Positions 53,553-64,000 of a DNA stretch of 64,000 bases are shown here, one piece after another; positions within the stretch are counted from its first letter, which is position 1, and every line of letters begins with the position of its first letter. The notes beneath the pieces were generated by a model, which saw only the letters and a program-made list of their open reading frames with translations, ran no database searches and was not told where the DNA came from. The stretch is taken from assembly GCF_902652985.1 (NCBI RefSeq), contig NC_047016.1, positions 34,782,001 to 34,846,000 of the forward strand, read 5' to 3'. Origin of the DNA: Pecten maximus. Lineage: Eukaryota. The translations under genes were made by a program, and so were the position numbers.

Positions 53553-54149
53553 AATCCGTGTTATAAACGACCTGACATTTTGTTTTCTGACACAAAGCAT
53601 CAGTTTTTGTGTACTTTTCCCAGATATCGCTTCTGTGCTCGTTGCAATGATATTTAATCTATGACCGTAAATTGCTGTTTACAACAGAAGGGAATGCTGC
53701 AATGCAAGCTAACAAACGAGACGAGAACAAATGGCATGATGGATGTTAAAACATATCGGGATATGTGTAGTAACATTTATATTACAATAATGCAAACACA
53801 AAAATATCGCGAAAAAATGAAGACACATTTAAGCGCAATTTTCAATAGGCAAGAATCACTTTCTTCCCTGCATAATCAATGGGTTAGGCTCACCACTCAA
53901 AAGTTAATAGGCTTGGCTCATCCTCTCAAAATTAGGCCATACGTATTTTTCAAAATTTCTATGACTAGATTGCAAATCATATGTAGGGAAGCATTTGGGA
54001 ATTCCGATACAGCATTTTAACTTGTCTTAACCTTGCCACTGAGCTCTCGGTCCTGAGATATGGAACGTCAGCTGTATCCGTGGAATAATTTATAAATTGT
54101 TTTTATATGTAATTAGAATATCTTAATAAAAATCAGCATATTCATTTAT

Positions 54150-54300
54150 CAAGACCTGGTATGACGGAAATCGTCGAAGAAGGGGCGTTTTCTCCACTAG
54201 AACATCTGGTCTTATGCTCCTTGTACTTTTTCAACAAATATATTTGTTCATATTTTGCCCGTATCGTTTGATTGATATTCATATAGAATTATGGTTTTGT
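54150..54300 (+). mobile_element. Degenerate interspersed-repeat fragment, same family as 7760-7930
   Basis: GAAGAAGGGGCGTTTTCTCCACTAGAACATCTGGTCTTATGCTCCTTGTACTTTTTCAA aligns with 7860-7920. Confidence 0.5.
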
Positions 54301-54673
54301 TACTATATCGGGATTCTCTCCAAAGCAAGACTTCAATGCCATCTAGCTGATAACCAATGAGGTATGTTGTACCTATTTGGGAATCCGATGATTGTAGTTC
54401 CGACTGTAAGTCAAAGTGCGCTTGAGATTTCGAACCTCGTCAAAACAATGCTCATGTGTCACTTTGATCAATCCAGTGACGATACATAGAACGCGTGGTC
54501 ACTGTAGATTCGCCTTCAGATGCCTGTTTTTTTAAAACCAAAATCCGGTTTCTATATACTTTGACAAGACCATAAGGATGAAAAATTCACCGAGCTTGAC
54601 CAGGAAATTGCAACGGAAATGTCACCATCGGATCCGCAATTCCGATGGCTGCTCAGACGTCACGACACCTCTT

Positions 54674-54813
54674 TAGACTGGATTACCTGCCTAAGTACCA
54701 TTTTTTCCCGCTGCACTGCGCTCATGAATATTAAGAGAGGTCAGGGCTGTCATTTTATTTTCGAAGTGAATCCTAGCAGAGAGTAGAAAAACTACGGCAG
54801 GCAATCCAGTCTA
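54674..54813. mobile_element. 140-bp MITE-like element
   Basis: 18-bp terminal inverted repeats TAGACTGGATTACCTGCC / GGCAGGCAATCCAGTCTA (1 mismatch), with TA at both ends. Confidence 0.8.
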
Positions 54814-56181
54814 GACACTATTGTTGATCGTAAGCACTTACGTGATCATGACGTGATGGAGACTATCGCTAACTCTTCAAGTCAGAATCGGAAATCGCAT
54901 TAATTGCAGATGGCGCTGCCATTGTCAAAATGGACCTTTTTGTAAATTGTTACTAAGGCGTACTTGTATATAGCACAGACATAAACCTTATTTCATTGCG
55001 AATGAGAATGACTGACATCAAATCAAATCATTACGACTACAGCCTACTTCCTGTCTGGTGTCTTTTTATTTCGTTATTACGTGATCATCGTGATGACGTC
55101 ATCATGACGTCAAATCAATACCAATACCATAATGTTCTGTGTGTTGACTGTCGATAATGCCGTTATTAGCGATATCTGTTCGGACGGAGCCATACCGTCG
55201 GCTGTTTAAGCCAATGAATGGATTGGTGAAGAGGCCCTTGGGTGAAAAACTAGAGAATAACTTGACATTAATCAGCTCAAATCTCAATTAAAATTGCCTT
55301 CATCAATGTCTGCAAACAAAACCAATTAACATATTAATTGATCAAATTTTTATTTTCGTTTTATATTATATGAAGTTGTTGGAACATAAACACTAAATAT
55401 TCAACACAACTAGACCAAATAACACGTTAAAATGTGGAAGGTGACGACAAATTCATTATTAAGCGCGGGTTTATTGGTTTTTGATACAACCCATGCATAA
55501 TTATTCTTATCAATTCCCCATAAAACTAAAGGGGAACAAATCAAATCACGTCCTGTACTTGGTCTGACTGGAGTTTGATATCGGAATCTCTACACAACAT
55601 GTCGTCTCATTGTCACAGGAGAGAGTTTCATCACGTGACAAGTTGATCATCTAATGTCAGGTATCGATCCGGACCGGCGTGTCCGGTACACAAGGTGTCG
55701 TAAAGTGTAGGCTGTAGGATGTACTGGAATAAAGTGCGGTGAGTCCTATTTTCTTATTAGTTTATCCTAATTTGGGGGGAAAAGAAATGTTACAACTCTG
55801 ATACAACGAGTTATTACTCTGATATGAAGAACATGATTTTAGTGTACTGTCAGAGTGACAAATGCCCCATAGGTCAAACCTAGGAATTATTGATGTCTTC
55901 GTACCTGAGTGGAGTCTGGCGGTCGAACTAATGTAAACCTATGTACCATTCATTTATTCAATTGTTCTGTTACAAAGGTAATTTTTGAGTCTTTTTTTTT
56001 CGCTCAGAGTAATGAAATATGTAAATGTAATATCGCAAAATATTATATAATTCCTATATATATTGTTTTTAAACGTTGATTTATTTTCAAAAAGTTAAAA
56101 ACTAGAATTTTGGATTAAAAATGAATAAATTCAGACTAATTCCTACTTTATATAATCAATACGTACATATTATATATAGAA

Positions 56182-56823
56182 GGTAGCAGTGTACAGTAAA
56201 AATGCCAAATTCTGAAAAATATGGCACATGTTTTAGATATGTAAACATTGCCAGTTAACCTTACATATAACTTCTAATAAAGTATATATATTTGAAATCT
56301 GTACAACATTTGCAATTTTAATAGAGCTCTGAAGGATAAGTAAACTGATATTTTCTGTGATTTTTAGAGCTGTGAATACCATGGTAACAGCTTAAAAAAT
56401 TCTCAAAAATTGCAAAATATTATGATATTTGACCCAAAATGGCACAATTCTCTACACAATTTTTTTTCTGAAACCTATTTAAAATTAAATATCTCTATCC
56501 CAAAGACAGAATTAATCTTGTTTGGACATATGTTGTAAATTAAGTTTTTCCGCTATCTTACCTTTTCTGTGGGCTTCCATTTTGCGCTGTAGGCAAAACT
56601 AAATTTCCTGTGTAAACACACGTTCGGAAAATCCGGATATTTAAAATCCGGAACCAATTTATTGATTTTTGTTTTAATAAATGTGAAGCCTGTATGTACT
56701 ACTTCATACTGAATATACCAATTATAGTGTACATTTATTTTTTCATTTTTTATGCATATCATAATACAGGAGTTATTTGCTTAACAAAAAAATTGCCAGG
56801 CTGTCTTACTGTGGTGTGCTACC
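56182..56823. mobile_element. Old non-autonomous DNA transposon, possibly Kolobok-like
   Basis: Imperfect TIRs GGTAGCAnnnnACAGTAA at both ends, AT-rich interior, internal hairpin TCCGGAT-ATTTAAA-ATCCGGA (~56631). A TTAA TSD is not intact. Confidence 0.5.
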
Positions 56824-58869
56824 GAAGGTGCTTATACTCTAATTAAATTATAATCTAAAGGTCGTTTCTCAGAGACTTTAAGTTCTAATGTTGCAGGAAG
56901 TGAATTTGTATGTGGATTGTACAGATCATAATCCAGGAGAGGATGATATTGTTCTGTTTAATATGTAACCTCTGATATTAATAATCCGTTTGACAGAGAA
57001 CACTGAGCACGAGACCGACATTTTGACACCGATCTATCAAATTAAGGTCATATGGTGGATCAAACTCCAAAAATATTCAAATCGAAATAAATTTTATTAA
57101 AAAACAAGTGATGAAAGTTTGATATATATAACTTGGAAAGACAATATAAAGACTTGTCGGTATACAACTACCGATCAGAATCAATTTTCATTTTCTCTTT
57201 TAGTATTAATTGTCTACGGTACCTGCTTTAATCATATATCATATGCGTGTCCTTGTTAGGCCATACACTGACAGGATAATTTTATTCATTGATGGAGAGT
57301 ATAGTATTTCTTTCACTTGAGTTACTTAATTTTCAAATGATACAAAAATACGAGCTTTAGTAAGTTTTTTTGTAGCTTTGGGAAAATAACTAACGAGAGT
57401 GGAAGATCTAACATGTAACAACCACGAGTTTGTGTGACCTGATTCTATCACAATGGAAAAGCTATTCTGATGATGAATTGACCTGTTTTATGTCAACGTG
57501 TGTTCTTTTCGCATTATCAGGTGTGGTGTAAGTACATCTTTATTTGACCTCAATTGAAATGCCACTAATTAATATGCAAAACTTACAATATCGGAAATTT
57601 ATGGAAGCATTACAATTTATTACAAATCATAAACAGTAAGAAGTATATTTATTCTTTTCAAGACAGTAAATTGAGATCAGTTTATATATACTTTCAAGAA
57701 TATAACAATAACAACTGCGGACCACTTCTTGTGCATTCTCAAGTGTTAGCCAATCAAATCGCATTGAACCAAGTGAAAAAACCCAGTCCCGGTCAAAGCT
57801 CAGCGTGTCAACCAATCAAAACGTATTTAGACTTTATTCCACGTTTGGTACAAACTGAATGGTATTCAACAGTTGTAATGAATATTTCATGCGTTGGTAG
57901 TTGAATAGCATCCACCTATTGTGGTAAAAACGTGTTGTGTTTGACCTTGAATACTCGAACATCATAACATGGATGTACGACGCGTATGGTGAGCAGTTGA
58001 AAAGTCTCGAGATTTTTTCAGCATAAAATGATATCCAACGAGGTTATGGCGAGATCTATGGATGACGTGATATTAACTGAAAGCAGGTCTTTGTAGTTTG
58101 CTGGTTCGGTTTGAAAAATAAATTATCTAAATAGGATAAAAGGTCATAGTATATTACTGTCTTGCAATGTATCGGGGATATTAATGATGATGGATCACTT
58201 GAGACAGGTATGGATTTAATTTGCTGAAGGCCGTACTTATGATATCGTCTTGATAATGTTAGAGTTCGGTAAAATATCGATATAACAAAAAGCATCGCCT
58301 ACACACCCTTTGAAGTAAGAGAATATTTCATATCTACCTTGTGCAGAGCTGGGCATATTACATGTACCTACCTTGTAAAGAGCAGGATATATTATATAAC
58401 TTTTCGGTAAGGAGAAGGTTATTTTATAGATATGTACCTTTAAGGAAGAGAGTTTGGGTTATTTATGTAACAGACACGTACATCCTTGCATTTCTGTAGC
58501 GTTAGCCCTTTGGTTGCGTTTCCTTTGCGTTAATGTGTTGCTGGACAGTTAAAGTGTATGGCTGTGTATCTCAGTCTGTTACTCAACATTCGTCACACAC
58601 TGGCAGTACCATGTTTAGTACACTGTCCTTATTTAAGGGCGGAAATAAAACGGAGGTGATTTTTTTTTCTATTTCACAGTTAGGCCATATTTTACAGCCC
58701 CGGAAGGACACGCTATCGGGAATTGTTTTGCTTGCCTCAAACGTTAATGTCTTGTTTCAGAAAAAATGCGTAGCCATGCTATGTTAAAAGTACTAACAGT
58801 ATCTGCTAAAAGGATAGTACATGACCTGCTCTTAGTGCAGTCATGTAAAGTCCCTCCAACCGCAGTCCA

Positions 58870-58959
58870 GTCAACGTGTACTGCTGTTCCCTGTATCTGA
58901 CGCCCCCCCCCCCCCCCGTCAACGTGTAATGTTGTTCCCTATATCTGACGCCCCCCCCC
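58870..58959. repeat. 48-bp tandem duplication ending in poly-C tracts
   Basis: GTCAACGTGTAnTGnTGTTCCCTnTATCTGACG followed by C15, then the same sequence followed by C9. Confidence 0.9.
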
Positions 58960-59015
58960 TTTTTTTTCCCTTGTTCTATCCCAGCGTGTTCTTATATTGA
59001 AATTGTTATATTATC

Positions 59016-59097
59016 GTTTTTGTTTGTTTTGTTTTGTTTTGTTTTCCTTTGTTTGTTTGTTTGTTGTTTTCTTTCTTGTTTTGATTTGTTGTTATTG
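59016..59097. repeat. (GTTT)n/(GTTTT)n microsatellite
   Basis: Visible tract. Confidence 0.85.
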
Positions 59098-59384
59098 TAG
59101 TTGCACTATGATTGTTGTATTGTAAGAGATAACACGTTTATATTAGGCAGACTGGAAACTGTGGTCGTTTGAGGTTGAATCTATGTATAGATTGTACAAA
59201 ATAAAACTGAATATATTGTTGAATCAACTCCAACATCATATACTTGTGAACGACTAGTATGTCTGTAAAAGGAAAACATCGATAGTAAATTCTTTATTTA
59301 GAAATCACTGCTCCAATGTCTGACAACCTATAAATAGCAGTATTACATTATGAGAAGAGATAATGTCGGGAATTCGATAGACCT

Positions 59385-59668
59385 ACGCGGCGCTCAGCAT
59401 TTTGGAAGCGGGACGGCTGGTTCGCCCGTTATCAGTATAATGTGACCGGGTGGAGTGTCCTGCTGGGTGTCTTCGACAGTATGCTTCAGTGAGTTAGTAC
59501 TAAAATGCCGACATCAGTTCGGCGCTATGGTGCAAGGAGACAAACGAGAACATACCGCAGCCTCCCAAAACACACAAACTCACCACACGCTTACATCTCG
59601 CAGACAGGGGAGACCGTCCTTAAATGACTATAGATGTTGATAGGACGTTAAGCAATACTAAACCAAAC
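59385..59668 (+). mobile_element. 5'-truncated SINE with Meta-domain-like body
   Basis: GCGCTCAGCAT...TCAGTATAATGTGACCGGGTGG...TTCAGTGAGTTAGTACT resembles mollusc MetaSINE cores (recall). The 3' tail is near-identical to that of the 47.8-kb SINE; no tRNA head is visible. Confidence 0.75.
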
Positions 59669-61544
59669 TTAACTTTCCAACACAATCGACATTAGCGTAC
59701 TTGAGCCTATTGTTTTGTTGTGTTAAGTAATGAATCAGTATTTTGAGCTCAATTCTTTTAAAAATTCCTTTCAAAGCTTATAAATATCTGTCAATTAATA
59801 TGACACACATTTTGGTATGTATGTGTAACAGAAGGATACGTTAGTTACTATAGGTGACACAGGACAACATTCTTCCTTCACTCTGTAGTGCCCGTCCTGT
59901 TACTATTAAGACATGCCGACATTAACTTTGGCGCTTGAATTAGTTATGATACAATGGAATACAATCGTATTTGTCATCACATCTCATCGCATATATATCA
60001 TCCGGAATTATTGTCCGCATGTTGATCCAGATTTATAATACCCCAAAATGGTGTCCAAATTGTAAGCAGGCGACATGTCATTTTATACCCTACATTTTGA
60101 ATAAGTTTTTGAGGTTAAAGAATAGTTGCCTACATGTATATATACGCCTTTTGATATACGTTTGATGGACAAATGGTGGCAATTCCATATCAACATGTCG
60201 TGTTGTAGTACTTGGTTCGACTTACGTTCCCCAAGCTTCAGTCGTGTAATGTTGATGTACTGTGTTATCTCACTACAAAGGCGTGTGGTTTAATTACATA
60301 TGGAACTAAAAAGTATCTCAATCCGAAGGGAATTGGAACTATATAGGCCTGGAAACTGACCTTCGGCAACTATTTACATGTACATTACAACTAATTGACA
60401 ATACAGATAGAGGGATAACCGGGCCAAGGTCAATTACCTAGGTGTCACGCATACCTATAGTGTAAGCTTTATGTAGGTAATTTAACCTATCTCGATCGTG
60501 ACCGCGGAATCAAAGGTATATTATATGGTCACTACTGTAGATAATAGTCAGTAAACTCCTATAGTATGTAAGTAAATATGTAGGGTAATGTCAATTTCAC
60601 GCCACACGCATTACAGAAAAACGCCACACCGACCGGAAGTGTGTAGATTTTCGTAAAAGTTCAGAAGCGCTCACGTGCTGATGGCAAACCATGGGCTAAC
60701 GAATTTTTAGCTGTTTATTCAGTTACTGGCGATTCCCGTTTACAAAATGCCATGAATTATTAATTCATTATCAATTAAGAATACAGAGGGTGAGGGGTAG
60801 TCCAGTCTGTCTGATAACACAGAGTATTAAGGAATGTCGACAGATACAATATGATGTATCGTTTTGACAGCCGGCAGACACGATAGGATAATGTTCAATA
60901 AAACTTGTCTGCTACATTGTATATCGTGATACGTAGTGTGGAAACGTGACGTCAGGACGAAAAATAAAGAAATGGCAACGGTTGTTTTCACTGTGAATGT
61001 CACGTTTCCTGTGTATGACAAAGTACTGTTATATTTTCACTGGTGCAACCGATCGAAAGGAATTAAGCAATGCATCATGCAGAACGAGTAAAATATCTCC
61101 GATACCCAAAGAGAAACTATAGAATTTCCACATTCCTTTATATTGTGGATGCCAAATCGTGATGGGGAAACAGGAAAGAGGATGTCAAATATAGTGCAAC
61201 ATTTCAATCGTTTTGATTGTTTATTAAATCCATTGGTAAAATCGAAGCACTTTTCTAAAAAAACAAAAACAAAAAAACAAAAAAAAAAACCATGTATATA
61301 TATTTGTATTTCCCGGATGCAGGAAAACATTGTGCAGAATGAATAATCATTAAAGGTTTTTAATTCCAGTTATTGCGTTTCAGTATTTTAGGTGAAGAAA
61401 GTCCATGGAAATACAACGTTTGAGTGTGTTTATTTATTTAATACCGAACGGAAAACCATATTGGATTTTCTAGTGCGCGGCTAGGCTATAAAGAGAAAAC
61501 TTAATAACTTTTGTTATGATCCTAGTTCTCATTGTGAGAGAACT

Positions 61545-61610
61545 CTCCCGGGTTTGACCTAGAAGCAGAAGACGCTTTACCTTCCGACACACCTGGTCCT
61601 GTTCTCCTTA
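61545..61610 (+). mobile_element. Degenerate interspersed-repeat fragment, same family as 7760-7930
   Basis: GAAGCAGAAGACGCTTTACCTTCCGACACACCTGGTCCTGTTCTCC. Confidence 0.5.
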
Positions 61611-64000
61611 TATATTTTCAAAGTTCTCCTTGTAAATCTATATTTTGCAAATATTTTTTCTCGTTTTAACGTTTTTGAGGTAGAATCCCGGTTTCGTTTA
61701 AATTCCACTATCCTCTGTTGGTTTTGGACAAAACGGTACGGCAATATAAACATGAAATCACCTGCGGGGAATGTTGAAACAGTGAGCAAAGACGGGCACT
61801 ATACAGGGCACGAATGATACGTCAGGACAAAATATACAGTACATGTAAATAGATTGATAACATATTACACTGTGACTCACTTTGTGTTATTTCAAAAAGG
61901 GTTAAAATGTAAAATAAACACATATCTCATGTTCTGTGCCGCACTGCCGATGTGAAGACGAGGACAGAAGTTCAACACAAACTGTACCCAAATGGTAACA
62001 TCGAGGGCAGCCTATGAAAAATAATAGCTCCATTGGACATTTCGCCCGGCAATATGTCAGTATAAATGGTGCTACCCACATACAATCTGTACATACGGGT
62101 TCTCATGTACATGTACGTGTTTCTCTACAAGCAATGATTTTACCAGTGTTTTTTTTTTAATTGATTTACGTTCTTTATTTCACTTAAAGTGATACTAGTT
62201 ATCAACAGAAATATGTGTATTATTAATTAGATATACCGGTAAGTAGTGTATGTACTGTAGATCTGAAACAGCTGTATGGGGCAGTTTAATTCATTTTGAT
62301 TTCTAACTCTCAATTTGTATTGAATGTGCTGATGTCTAGTGGTTTTTGTACAATCTTCTGACAAGCCAAACTTCATTATGGAAACGGAAAACTGGAAAAC
62401 GTTATTCAACATCTGTTTGAGTGTGTAAGTTTTTGATAAGTCTTCTAGATGGACGTAGATGCGTGCCCATTTCATACGAAATTTATTATACGAATCCAGG
62501 AATCGGTCATTCCAAATAATTCATTGAATACAATATATTGTGACGTCACAAATAAGGGGATGCGATAGTTTCCGTCTATCAGTTATCTTGTTACATGTAC
62601 GTTAAACCTTACTGCAAATCATTTAACACAACCCTATAAAATACAACATGGCGTATAAAGTACACAGAGAATGAGATTCATATATGTATACTAAGCATTA
62701 TTCAATATTTTAATTATCATTTCAAATGGTTTTCTTCGAAAAAATATCAAATCACGATCAACGTCGTGCAAGAACAGCAAAGTCTGTCATTTTTCATCCA
62801 ATTAAGAGATTAATTTCGAACATGATACTTGGAACATTTTCCGGTAAGGATTGCTCTATTCGGACCACCTCTGGTGAACGGGTTTCCCTGCATGGTAAAC
62901 TTTCTTACCTATTTCGGCACCATTTCCGTCTACTTTGTTCTATATTTGAAATCAAGCGCAAGTGTCGAATGACTATGGCAGGCAACCATTCCATGTTTAA
63001 GGAATAAACCCCTCCGAGACCCCTCAAAACGGAGGTTTCCAAAAGCGAAATCCCCTTTCGGAGCCTCCCGATCCTAATTGCTTGTTTTCATGTTACCAAC
63101 TCGAGATAGCCTAAAGTACATGGTGGGGTGATCTATAAATTCATCATATACCACGTGGCCAGCCGGTCCTGTCATCACAAAACTGGATCTTTTGTATGGT
63201 GTGAACGCCATAGTATCACTTGTTAATATAAATAGCTTTATTAGATTGTATTCCATAGTCTAATCAATGTGGTATTGCTTCATACCTCTCGGTTATCACA
63301 CCCAATATACCGTGTCATGATAATCTTAATGTAAACATACCCTTCTGGCGGGGAGTACTGATACCACGACGAAAGAAAATAATATTATTTCAGAAACAAA
63401 CCAATAATCTTGAACATCTATTACACAAAACATTATTTTAAACGCGTTTCAAAAGAAATTTGAAACTAATACGAATGAATTTCAAATCACATCAAATTAT
63501 ATTTTCTAGGTCTTGGACATTTAGAGGCCCTATCTTATATCTGAACCGATGTACATAATGATACGTAATTATGAAAATATGAATGCAAGGTATCGTTGAT
63601 AAATATATTTGTCTTGGATCCGTTGCCATAGTGATCAGGTTAAACTATACATAGGTATGTTCAGCGTCTACTAAATCATTCCTTATAAATCATTAGAGAG
63701 CCTATATGTGTATGATCCGTCGGCGACAACTCCTGCCTAGTATTAGAAGCAGCGTAATAACCAGTCCTGTCCAGTCCTAAACGCCAATCAAAGCTGATGC
63801 CAAAAGTTCAATAATGCGGCGATTGTATTTGATTTATTATACAAACCAGGACTTTGTTTCAAGACGGATGAATCTAAGCGTGAAAAGGTCATCGTCTGGG
63901 ATTCTCACGTTATTTATGTATAACTCCGCACTGCCAACGACACTCTGTTTTTTTATGATACGAGTATATTCTCACTATATAGAGGTTGTTATTAACATGC

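Overview
AT-rich (roughly 35-37% GC by eye) eukaryotic genomic DNA, almost entirely non-coding. The repeat types (V-domain and Meta-domain tRNA-SINEs, a Helentron-type HINE) point to a bivalve mollusc, possibly a scallop (inference). No ORF in the supplied track resembles a known protein, and the longest ones are by-products of tandem repeats. The best gene signal is a candidate first coding exon on + (21841-21907, MEGRGYYGSEDEDSPSDSWGSP, AG|gtaaga) behind a CpG-rich island. No downstream coding exon was found, which implies an intron longer than 40 kb if the exon is real. At least one well-formed non-coding exon lies antisense inside that intron (27223-27338). Eight minisatellite arrays (18, 50, 47, 42, 39, 34, 35 and 30 bp units) all fall in the first 30 kb; most have hairpin-forming monomers, decayed edges or higher-order structure. 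The rest holds SINEs, MITE-like elements, microsatellites and an excess of full CRE palindromes. I found no CRISPR array, RNA gene or intact transposase/RT, and cannot claim a new biological system. The findings are hypotheses.
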